Shown piece by piece: positions 56,195 through 64,000 of a stretch of 64,000 nucleotides of DNA. Both the position numbers and the translations under genes were made by a program. The stretch's first letter is position 1. Every line of letters begins with the position of its first letter. The stretch spans positions 17,680 to 81,679 of the IMG/VR virus record IMGVR_UViG_3300027985_000978; one strand, 5' to 3'. The notes beneath the pieces were generated by a model. The model was given only the letters and a program-made list of their open reading frames with translations, had not been told where the DNA came from and searched no databases. The DNA is from a virus.

Positions 56195-56246
56195 CAATAT
56201 ACCCAATGGGTACATGCTGCAATATATTTTTCATGTCTGATATGAA
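56195..56246 (-). promoter_or_regulatory. Promoter with two palindromic operators
   Basis: TTGCAG -35 and TATATT/TATTGT -10. TACCCAATGGGTA (56200-56212) and TTCATGTCTGATATGAA (56230-56246). Confidence 0.65.
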
Positions 56247-56258
56247 TTATTTAAACAG

Positions 56259-56280
56259 AAAAGCCCCATAACGGGGCTTT
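56259..56280 (-). terminator. Terminator after cre
   Basis: AAAGCCCC-ATAAC-GGGGCTTT. Confidence 0.7.
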
Positions 56281-56327
56281 GTTCTATCTTGATAACCAAC
56301 TATTAGGCTATTCCGAATGGTTCACCG

Positions 56328-57440
56328 CTACACTTTACCGGCACGCCGGATCGCCATTGCGCTATCTTTTACGAACATATCCCGACAATACCGGATCACC
56401 ATACGTTCACTGGCCCAGCGCCCAGCCTGCATGATCTGAAGGGCGTTGAACCCAGCCGCCGCCAAGTCTTGCGCCGCACCGACACGGGCAGAGTGACCAG
56501 ACAGGCACGGGATACCGTAGTATTGCAGCCCCAGCACTTCCCACACACGGGCGAACACGCGCTCAATGGTTTTCACCGATAGCGGCTCATTACCGGTGCT
56601 TGGTTTGTTGTACCGGTTCACCTTGCCGAAGAGTGGCACGTCTTCACCCAGCTTACGGCCTGACAATGACAGGTAATCAATAATGATACTTACGGCCTGC
56701 CGTGACAGGGCCGCTTTGTCTGGTTCGCCCGAATGGTTTGTTTTGGTGATTGGGATAGTCAAAACACCTGTACCGTCTGAAAACACTTTGATATGACGCC
56801 CCCGAACCCGCGCCAATTCTTGAGCGCGTAGCATGGATTCATAAGCCACGGCCATGATTGCCAGATCGCGCCGGTTCGCTATGCTTTCACTGTATCGCCA
56901 CATATCCACCAACTGATCTAAATTGTGCTCATGAAAGCCTGCCGCCTGCTCTACTGTTTCTTCATGCTGGACTTTGTTTCTGACAATGCCCTCATAAGTA
57001 CCTTTGAATAGTTCGTCATTCGTTGGATCGGGGCAGCCGGTTACTTTATGGATTCTTGAGATCGCCCAGCGGTCAATCGCCAGTGTATTTCTATGCACCA
57101 GCTGGCCGCGTTGTTTGATGTAAATCTCTGCCGTTCCGACACTGGCCGGTAACGAACACGCGCCCACATCGAGACACCAACGATCAAACCGTTCCCATGC
57201 GCTTTTGATAGATTGCATCGTTCTGGCTGAATATCTATCGCCGCGCTCATGGAACCCGATCAAGAACCGGTTGATCGCGTCCTGTACTGGCTGATAGTTC
57301 TGGATCTCAATTCCGCGCAATTGCGCATTAGCAATCAGACCTGAAAGCGCTTCCGTGGTGATATTCTCGAATGCGACCTGATTTAGCACATTTTCCACGT
57401 TGGCTAAATTGCTGGTGGTAGTTACTAAGTTTTGAGCCAT
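56328..57440 (-). CDS. cre: Cre-type tyrosine recombinase
   Basis: AYESMLRAQELAR, TKT, SGHSARVGAAQDL, IMQAGRW...V.RY; P1 synteny near c1 and ref. Confidence 0.92.
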   Translation of the reverse strand: MAQNLVTTTSNLANVENVLNQVAFENITTEALSGLIANAQLRGIEIQNYQPVQDAINRFLIGFHERGDRYSARTMQSIKSAWERFDRWCLDVGACSLPASVGTAEIYIKQRGQLVHRNTLAIDRWAISRIHKVTGCPDPTNDELFKGTYEGIVRNKVQHEETVEQAAGFHEHNLDQLVDMWRYSESIANRRDLAIMAVAYESMLRAQELARVRGRHIKVFSDGTGVLTIPITKTNHSGEPDKAALSRQAVSIIIDYLSLSGRKLGEDVPLFGKVNRYNKPSTGNEPLSVKTIERVFARVWEVLGLQYYGIPCLSGHSARVGAAQDLAAAGFNALQIMQAGRWASERMVIRYCRDMFVKDSAMAIRRAGKV

Positions 57441-57505
57441 AGAACACCTATTTTTCTAATTAATTGGGCGCGTCAGATTATATACCCCCATAGTGAGAAT
57501 ATCTA

Positions 57506-57539
57506 TCAATGTCTAATAATTGCCATTGTACGACATTAA
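57506..57539. other. Candidate lox-type recombination site (13-8-13)
   Basis: TCAATGTCTAATA-ATTGCCAT-TGTACGACATTAA, 9/13 arm symmetry, 65 bp upstream of cre. Confidence 0.7.
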
Positions 57540-57929
57540 GATAAGTTCTCATTCTCAACTAAAGGCCGGTCTTGGTGGCTGACCGGAAAGGGTTCATTCA
57601 GCGCTTAAAAGGGGTAGGGCGGTTATTTGGTCTGACTGGTAAAAATTTATCATGGATGAATGTTAAGGTTTGACCAATTCGACGACAATTATTTTACATA
57701 TATCCGAAACTATATATTTCCGATTTAGTTTTTATATCCAATGGTGGTTATTTTTAAAGTAATTAAATTTAATCCGGTATTGTTTGTAACCGTTGGATAT
57801 ATTTGGGTCATTAACTCGGTTGAGTCTGGTGTATTCTGAGCGGTTAATTATTTGCCATCTTTACATGATTCAGGGTTTATTTATAACGCCAAAACGAGTA
57901 TAAATTTGCGCTTACAAAAACTAACAATT

Positions 57930-58142
57930 ATGAGCCTGAATATGACCTCTGATTTACCTCGATTCGATATTGAATCATTAGTAGCGAACACCGGAACCGA
58001 AAACCCGTTAGATCTCTGGCTGGCGTATCAAAGCAATATCCCCGCAAGTACACCAATCAATGTATTATCCCAAATGAAAGCTGAATTTCTTAATCAGGTG
58101 TCCGACTTACTATCAGGTTATCAGGAGATAATGGATGACTAG
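57930..58142 (+). CDS. Small acidic protein upstream of c1 (Coi-like position)
   Basis: 70 aa, acidic; positional argument only. Confidence 0.45.
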   Translation: MSLNMTSDLPRFDIESLVANTGTENPLDLWLAYQSNIPASTPINVLSQMKAEFLNQVSDLLSGYQEIMDD

Positions 58143-58455
58143 CGAACGCGCTACCAGCGTAAAGGAACTTGTTTCCACCATTTTAGCCCTTACTGGCGGC
58201 GTGCTTATCGCTGCCGGATTCGTAAATGTAGCTGATTATGCTGGAATACCGATACTTGCCGGTATTTTATTTGTTATTCTCAGCTTCCTAACCATTCCTC
58301 CAATCTTTATTTCATGCGTGAGTGCTGGCCTGATGCTGTGCGCCATGACAGTGAATCACCTGTACGCGCACGACACACTAACGGTATGTCTGGTATATCT
58401 GGCGTTTCTAATCTTAGACCTGTTCTGCGCCGATCAAGTTTTAAAGAAATTCTGA
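58135..58455 (+). CDS. Small multi-pass membrane protein
   Basis: 106 aa, about 4 hydrophobic segments; RBS GGAG. Confidence 0.6.
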   Translation: MTSERATSVKELVSTILALTGGVLIAAGFVNVADYAGIPILAGILFVILSFLTIPPIFISCVSAGLMLCAMTVNHLYAHDTLTVCLVYLAFLILDLFCADQVLKKF

Positions 58456-58597
58456 CACCCCTCTCTTTTGTGCGCTTTGCTTATCTTTTGTCCGGTTCTA
58501 TCCTAATCATATTGATTCTAAAATCCGGTTGTGCGTTACTTGTAACGCACCACTGAACTAAAAAAATAGATGCAACGATAAACAGGAGTAGAGAACC

Positions 58598-59332
58598 ATG
58601 TCACAGGATGTAGCGCTCTTTATGGAGTTTTGCGAACTCCGAGAAGCCATCATTGAAGAGATCAAAGCGATTGCCGTTTTTTCTGAAGAGAAGAACGGTA
58701 AAACCGTGCGCCCGATTGGGGTCATTAAAACCAATGCTGAATATTTTAAATTTGAGAAATATTTAGCAAGGTGGCGTGAACTGGTTAATCAATTAAATGA
58801 AATTAACCCTGTTCGCTATCCGTTAAATGCTGAGAAGTTTTCTTTAATGCCGCAATTATATACCGGCGTTGAATCATTCTCTGTTTATATTTCCCCTGCT
58901 ACGCTCTCTCGCAAATATGAGAAAGCGAAAATAGTTTCCCGCATGGAAAAATATATTGATTCATTATCCCATGATTCCCGTAATACAGGCGACTGGACAA
59001 TTACCAATCGCGTGAAACATGAATTGGAGGTCATGAATAAAGATAAGGAAACCTATTACCGGCTGCGGAATACTTGCAGCACAGATATGACTTGCGTATT
59101 AACGTATGAGAACGGATTAACTGATAAAGTAAAAATCCCGTTTTGCGGCGCGTTATTATTTAATAATGAAAGATTGATAGATTTAAAACCGACGAAAAAA
59201 TTAAATACCCGTACCGACAGTTTTGATTATTTAGGCGTGAACCCTATCGCCTGTTCGTTGTCATTGGCTGGCAACCTGTACCGTGAATCAGAAATAATAA
59301 AAGCGCGGGAACGTCGCGCCATGAGTAAATAA
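58598..59332 (+). CDS. c1: C1 primary repressor homolog
   Basis: LF.EF...R, G..VRP..V, P....GV, IPFCG, PI.C...LYR..EI align with recalled P1 C1; convergent with pacB as in P1. Confidence 0.82.
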   Translation: MSQDVALFMEFCELREAIIEEIKAIAVFSEEKNGKTVRPIGVIKTNAEYFKFEKYLARWRELVNQLNEINPVRYPLNAEKFSLMPQLYTGVESFSVYISPATLSRKYEKAKIVSRMEKYIDSLSHDSRNTGDWTITNRVKHELEVMNKDKETYYRLRNTCSTDMTCVLTYENGLTDKVKIPFCGALLFNNERLIDLKPTKKLNTRTDSFDYLGVNPIACSLSLAGNLYRESEIIKARERRAMSK

Positions 59333-59365
59333 CATCATGATCTTGTGTATTCCAGTTGGTGGCGG

Positions 59366-60871
59366 TTAAACCTCTTCCGCCATCAAGTCTTTCGCCCAAC
59401 CAGAAACACTCTCCCGTTCTTCGCGCATTTCATCCGTGATGACCATGTTGGCTGGCGTATAATCCGCTAAAAGTGAGAAGCAGTAGGTATCCCAGCGATC
59501 AGGAGATGGTAAGCCTAACTGCTGTCTCATTTTCTCTTTCGGCATCATGCACCACTGGCCGGATTCGTTGATTTTGCACGGCATACGGGACGCCTGATCG
59601 AGCGTCTTCTCATGTCCATCTAGGCGCATCCGTCCCGACTTCACCGCATCCCGCGCCATGATGTTGGCGAACGCACGTTTATTCAGGAACCGGCTCTTAT
59701 CATCCGTATTGAAACACGGCGCACCCCAGCGGATACGGATCACGTTAAACCCAGCCTCTTCAAGAATGGTTGCGGTATCTGCACCAACCCCGTCGCCATC
59801 CACGCAAACCGTGATGTTTGGATATTTTTCTTTGGGATATTCAGCGGCCACCAGCCGCCCGAAATTAACCGGATCAATCGTACCGGCCCATTCTTTAATT
59901 TCAGACGGAACAACACGCCTTTCATATCTTGCACCAGACATCCGCACTAAATTAGCCACAGAACTATCTCGGCCATTCCCCACGTCCACCAGCAACACCC
60001 AGCCCCAGCCTTTTTCTAGTTTAGGCATTGCTTTAGTAGCTTTTTCGCATTCATCCCGACTTAATAAGTTACCGGAAACACTACGCGGAAATTCCCCACG
60101 GACTTTAATTAAATATTCCGGCGCATCCCGACTGCCGCCATATTCCCTTAATTTAACCTTGATAAATTGCACGGTAACTAAAGGCGATTCTTCTGAGTTA
60201 AGTTTTATTGCGGTATAGCCGTCTTTATCGTCTTTATTTCTTTTTGCTAACCGGTGATGTGTGTCATAGAAATAACCGCTTGGGCGTGTCGGCTGGGACA
60301 ATAATAATATTCTGTTATCATCCTGTGTTAATGCGCCGGTAATAACGCCGAATGCTTTGTCAGATACACCTGAAGCCTCGTCAATAATATAAAACAGGTG
60401 ATCGGCGTGCTCACCGGCCAACGATTCTTCATTCCCTAAACGACACCCTTTCGGAGATGTAAACCATACGCCTTTATGCGTGTTCTCGTAGAACATGGTT
60501 TCTGTAATGGTGAAGTATTGACGTATCCACGGATGACGGCGGCAAAGCTCGTTATAATTGATTTTCAGATATTTCCATACAACCTGTTGCACCTGTGCGA
60601 TCTTGTTCGCCACGATGATTACACGGGCATTTGGGAACAACAGCATATACAGCAATACCATGATTGATGTCATGTCTGATTTACCTGTACCGTGCCCTGA
60701 ACTCACCGATGTTTTCGAGCCGGTCTGCTGGGTCGATTCAATGATTAATTCCTGCTGCCAAGTTGGTTCTTTGCCGAATAGCTCCACGGCGGCCTGTATC
60801 CAGTTATACCGGTACTTCATCACCAGTTCGGGATAGCGCGGGTCTTTAGTGATGGTGCGTAGCTTTGCCAT
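59366..60871 (-). CDS. pacB: PacB terminase large subunit
   Basis: SGHGTGKS Walker A, IIDEASG Walker B, DVGNGRD nuclease, SPDRWD. Confidence 0.93.
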   Translation of the reverse strand: MAKLRTITKDPRYPELVMKYRYNWIQAAVELFGKEPTWQQELIIESTQQTGSKTSVSSGHGTGKSDMTSIMVLLYMLLFPNARVIIVANKIAQVQQVVWKYLKINYNELCRRHPWIRQYFTITETMFYENTHKGVWFTSPKGCRLGNEESLAGEHADHLFYIIDEASGVSDKAFGVITGALTQDDNRILLLSQPTRPSGYFYDTHHRLAKRNKDDKDGYTAIKLNSEESPLVTVQFIKVKLREYGGSRDAPEYLIKVRGEFPRSVSGNLLSRDECEKATKAMPKLEKGWGWVLLVDVGNGRDSSVANLVRMSGARYERRVVPSEIKEWAGTIDPVNFGRLVAAEYPKEKYPNITVCVDGDGVGADTATILEEAGFNVIRIRWGAPCFNTDDKSRFLNKRAFANIMARDAVKSGRMRLDGHEKTLDQASRMPCKINESGQWCMMPKEKMRQQLGLPSPDRWDTYCFSLLADYTPANMVITDEMREERESVSGWAKDLMAEEV

Positions 60872-62193
60872 TACCAGACCTCTTCCACGGGTTCGTCTTC
60901 AGAACTGCCGTCAAGGTCTTCCTGAAACTCTGCCAGCCCTTCCGTGGCTTCGTCCTCGTCTATCTCTTGGTATTCCCCTTCTGTGAGCATGTCGCCGCGC
61001 TGGTGGGCCTGTTCATCTGCAAACAGTTGGGCGATCTCGGCGCGACGGCTTGGCAACCAGCTATCATGAATTTCCTTCTGTTTTTCTTGGTAATCACGGG
61101 ACAGGCGTTCCAGTTCTGCATCCGTGATCCCCACATCCTCGTCAACTGGTGGTGTGAGCCATGAGATTTCTTTCTGTAACTCAAGTTTGAGTGATTCAGG
61201 CAGTTTGATACCGCGCATTTCAAATACCTGTGCGGTCTTATGCGCTGACCAGCCAGCACGCTGACGGGCAATCATGATTTTTCGGGTAAGGTCGATCTGC
61301 TGGGTGCGCGTGAGTGGGTGCGCGTCCCGTTCTTCCATGTCTAACTTGCGACTGACTAACAGACTGCGATTGATGGATGATTCTAAGCTGGTGAACTGTT
61401 CGCTAGAGCCAAATATACACTCAGCCTTGGCCCGTGAGCGGGGGATATCATTTCCCAGCGCATCCTTCCACGGTTTGCCGTTGTCATAATCCCGATCAAT
61501 ACCCGCCAGAGTATCGGCTTTAGCACGCATCATTTGCATGTATCGTGCGGTCTGGATCTGGATAATGTGTTTATCCACACTCATGGCAATCGCCATCTCT
61601 TGGATATCCGGCTCCATTCCCACAAAGGCAGCGCAATGACCCCACATCAGACTAGCATCAGCCCTTAACCGATCACGATCAGAAAATTGATCGCCTTCAG
61701 GCTCGGCCAATAACTGATCAAAATCGTCGCTCTGCGCTGCTGTGCCTTCCGCCCCCGTGAGAGCTATTTCGTAACTATTTGATTCTTCTGGTGTTTCATT
61801 TTCTGCATGATCGCTTTGCTGGGTGATCGCTTTTTCAGGTGATCGCTTTTGATTGTCAGAAATGTGATCGCTTTTCGGGGTTTGATCGCTTTTTACAGGC
61901 TGATCGCTCGTCTTCTTACGCTGTTCTGATCGCTTTTTACGGCCTTCTGCCACTGCGCGGCGCACATACTTCGGGATCGCCTGCTTCACTGCACCATTGA
62001 TCGGATCGTCTTCACCTTTCTTTTTAGCTGGCTTTTTCGGCTCCGGTTTCTCTACTTTGATTGAGTTAAATTCACGTCGAACACTATTGACTGACAAGCC
62101 GTGAAGCCTTGCGTACTCTGCCTTCGTTACACCATTCGGGGCGTAATCTTTAGCAAACTGTTCTTTGTGGAATTCCCAATCAATAGTAGCCAT
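60871..62193 (-). CDS. pacA: PacA terminase small subunit
   Basis: N-terminal W..H...F......EYA..HGLS.NS.RR HTH; coupled to pacB; contains GATC repeats. Confidence 0.85.
   Translation of the reverse strand: MATIDWEFHKEQFAKDYAPNGVTKAEYARLHGLSVNSVRREFNSIKVEKPEPKKPAKKKGEDDPINGAVKQAIPKYVRRAVAEGRKKRSEQRKKTSDQPVKSDQTPKSDHISDNQKRSPEKAITQQSDHAENETPEESNSYEIALTGAEGTAAQSDDFDQLLAEPEGDQFSDRDRLRADASLMWGHCAAFVGMEPDIQEMAIAMSVDKHIIQIQTARYMQMMRAKADTLAGIDRDYDNGKPWKDALGNDIPRSRAKAECIFGSSEQFTSLESSINRSLLVSRKLDMEERDAHPLTRTQQIDLTRKIMIARQRAGWSAHKTAQVFEMRGIKLPESLKLELQKEISWLTPPVDEDVGITDAELERLSRDYQEKQKEIHDSWLPSRRAEIAQLFADEQAHQRGDMLTEGEYQEIDEDEATEGLAEFQEDLDGSSEDEPVEEVW
61808..61936. repeat. pac site candidate: seven TGATCGCT repeats inside pacA
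   Basis: Copies start at 61808, 61824, 61840, 61865, 61883, 61901, 61927. Confidence 0.75.
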
Positions 62194-62324
62194 TGAAACC
62201 CGTCGCCGCCTTCACTTCCTAATCAATCACCCAAACATCATACATGACTGATCGCATTGTTTGGATAGTTAAGCGATCACGACATGATCGCCGCCACGCG
62301 ATCACCTTGGCTGACTGTTTTCCC

Positions 62325-62540
62325 AATGGTTAGAAATGGTTATGAACTGGTACAAAACGGAATTGAACTGGATTAATCAGGCGCTCAGTAGGCATGAATC
62401 AGAACCAACGGAACCGATCAATAAACCAGCAAACGGTTAGAAATGGTTGTTTTGTGACTATTTCAGCGCGTGAAATAGCAACAAATAAACCGTTTATGGC
62501 TTGAAATGGTATTCGTTTGGCATAAAATGAAAGGGTTACA
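62325..62540. repeat. parC-like centromere candidate
   Basis: Degenerate AA(T/C)GGTT units at roughly 10-bp spacing upstream of parM. Confidence 0.5.
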
Positions 62541-62587
62541 AGTAACGCCTTATCCGGCGTTTATTTTTCACATCAAGGAGCAACGTA

Positions 62588-63691
62588 ATGTCTAAAGAGA
62601 ATCAAGAATTTATCGCACTGGTAGCACTGGACGACGGTTCAGGTAATATTGCGTGCCGGTTTGAAGACACTGATAAACAGGTGTTTGAGAAGTACATCCC
62701 CGCCCGTATCGAACGCGGTTCAGCGGCTGGTTTAGGCGGCTCCGGCATGTCTGCCAACGTATGGGAAACCGAAGAAGGGAATCGTTTCACTGTTCGGAAA
62801 AACCCACTGAAACCCGTATCAACCCTCGATCCAGACTATCAGCTATCTGAAGCAAACCGCGTTCTAGCCCTGCACACCATGAGCAAGGCCGGTTTAGGTG
62901 ATGTGCCTTGCGTTGTTGGCTGTACCATGCCAGCTGAACAGTTCTACAACAAAGGGGACGATCACAACCCTTTTGATGAAGAGCGCCAGAAAGCCAAGGG
63001 CCGCAACCTAATGAAACGGATAACAAACGTTTACGGCGGCATTAAACCCCCTCGCGTTCTGATTGTTCAGGCATTCCCTGAAGGTTTACCGGCGTTTTTC
63101 TGGCTGGCTTATGGTGAACGCCACGGCGAACGCCCTAAATACACAGAAAATCAGACTACACTCATTGTCGATCTTGGTGAGTTCACCGCAGATTTAGCAC
63201 TGGTGGGTTCTGGCGCTGAAGATGAAGTTTTAGCCTATAGCACACATGAGCACGGCATCCACGTCATGGTTGAACGCTTCAGAGCCTTGCTTGCACGGGA
63301 AGGCATACAGGACGCCAAATCAATTCCTACTGCTAACCTTAAAAATATTATCCAGTGCGGCTATATCGGAACTGATCTCGAAACGCCTGAAGCAATCGCG
63401 GCGCGTGTGGATATATCCCACTTGGTAGCTGAAGCGGCTGAATACCTGAATGATTTATTACTGGAAGATATCAGAGAATTAACCCGTGGCGTACAGCTAA
63501 CCCGTATCGGCTTTGTTGGCGGTGGTGCTTACTGGCTGGGTGGTTTAGCGCGTAAAACTTGGAAATATCCGGTTGATATTCCAGACGAGCCAGAATTAGC
63601 CATTGTGCGCGGCGTTCATCTGCTTATGCAGAACGATCAAGCGGCCCTGCTGAAACAGGCACGCGCAAAACTCGCAAAGGAGACTGAATAA
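62588..63691 (+). CDS. parM: ParM/StbA actin-like partition ATPase
   Basis: ALDDGSGN (phosphate 1), IVDLGEFTAD (phosphate 2), FVGGGA (adenosine). Confidence 0.88.
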   Translation: MSKENQEFIALVALDDGSGNIACRFEDTDKQVFEKYIPARIERGSAAGLGGSGMSANVWETEEGNRFTVRKNPLKPVSTLDPDYQLSEANRVLALHTMSKAGLGDVPCVVGCTMPAEQFYNKGDDHNPFDEERQKAKGRNLMKRITNVYGGIKPPRVLIVQAFPEGLPAFFWLAYGERHGERPKYTENQTTLIVDLGEFTADLALVGSGAEDEVLAYSTHEHGIHVMVERFRALLAREGIQDAKSIPTANLKNIIQCGYIGTDLETPEAIAARVDISHLVAEAAEYLNDLLLEDIRELTRGVQLTRIGFVGGGAYWLGGLARKTWKYPVDIPDEPELAIVRGVHLLMQNDQAALLKQARAKLAKETE

Positions 63692-64000
63692 ATGAGCGTT
63701 AGCGCAAGAGTAACGATCCCTTTTGCATCTGAAGATGGCGGCGTTCTTGGCCGCCTCGGAGATCGCTATGAATCCGGCAAGGATGGGAAAAAGACATTAA
63801 TCAATCAATGCCTTGCTGGTGGCTTCATTCTCAAGGAGTGCGGCCTGATTGATATCGCTCTTGAACTGGATGAACTACCAGCATTCAGGAACGGTAACGC
63901 CAGCCAGCGCCGTGCTATTTTTCTTGCAGAGATGGCTAGACTCATGGGAACCGCTACGACTGTCACTATGCCACCAGCAACAGAGCCGGTACATACAGCC
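63692..64000 (+). CDS. ParR/StbB-like adaptor (partial)
   Basis: ATG immediately after the parM stop: MSVSARVTIPF...KKTLINQCLAGG; open to the window end. Confidence 0.55.
   Translation, partial: MSVSARVTIPFASEDGGVLGRLGDRYESGKDGKKTLINQCLAGGFILKECGLIDIALELDELPAFRNGNASQRRAIFLAEMARLMGTATTVTMPPATEPVHTA

Noticed and set aside
59290-59360. GGAATACAC followed by ATG antisense to c1
   Set aside because: Only 16 codons; no other support.
61808-61936. Repeats as CRISPR array or replication iterons
   Set aside because: Units are 8-10 bp, irregularly spaced and inside pacA; the pac site explains them.
63779-63791. AAGGATGGGAAAA matching sRNA1 element b
   Set aside because: Same sense as the mRNA and inside the parR-like CDS, so it cannot pair; probably coincidence.

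Overview
This 64 kb window comes from a divergent P1-like (Punavirus-related) temperate myophage or phage-plasmid of a gammaproteobacterium. Identities rest on motifs, synteny and my recollection of P1 protein sequences; no database search was run. Gene order: partial portal (prt), darB and ulx, an accessory block, a lysozyme-like gene, the hdf-darA-ddrA-ddrB antirestriction operon with lydAB, a split tail fibre with no cin inversion system, and an uninterrupted baseplate/tail/head module. These are followed by mat, ref, a second accessory block, cre with a candidate new lox site, c1 repressor, pacB/pacA with a GATC-repeat pac site, and a ParM/ParR-type partition locus (P1 itself uses ParABS). 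The most interesting signal is non-coding. A candidate ~80-nt sRNA (about 12367-12449, +) has its own promoter and terminator. It is complementary, with G-U-compatible substitutions, to the toehold and anti-RBS arms of RBS-sequestering hairpins in the leaders of five separate late genes (prt, ddrB, R, gene 23, upfB), which suggests a multi-target toehold-switch-like translational activator. A second ~225-nt structured RNA (about 47495-47720, -) carries sequence antisense to the shared RBS of several accessory genes. Both candidate promoters overlap a 9-bp motif (TGATTAGGA, ten exact copies) that is probably the C1 operator. Chi octamers occur about once per kb and sit inside repeats flanking variable genes and domains.
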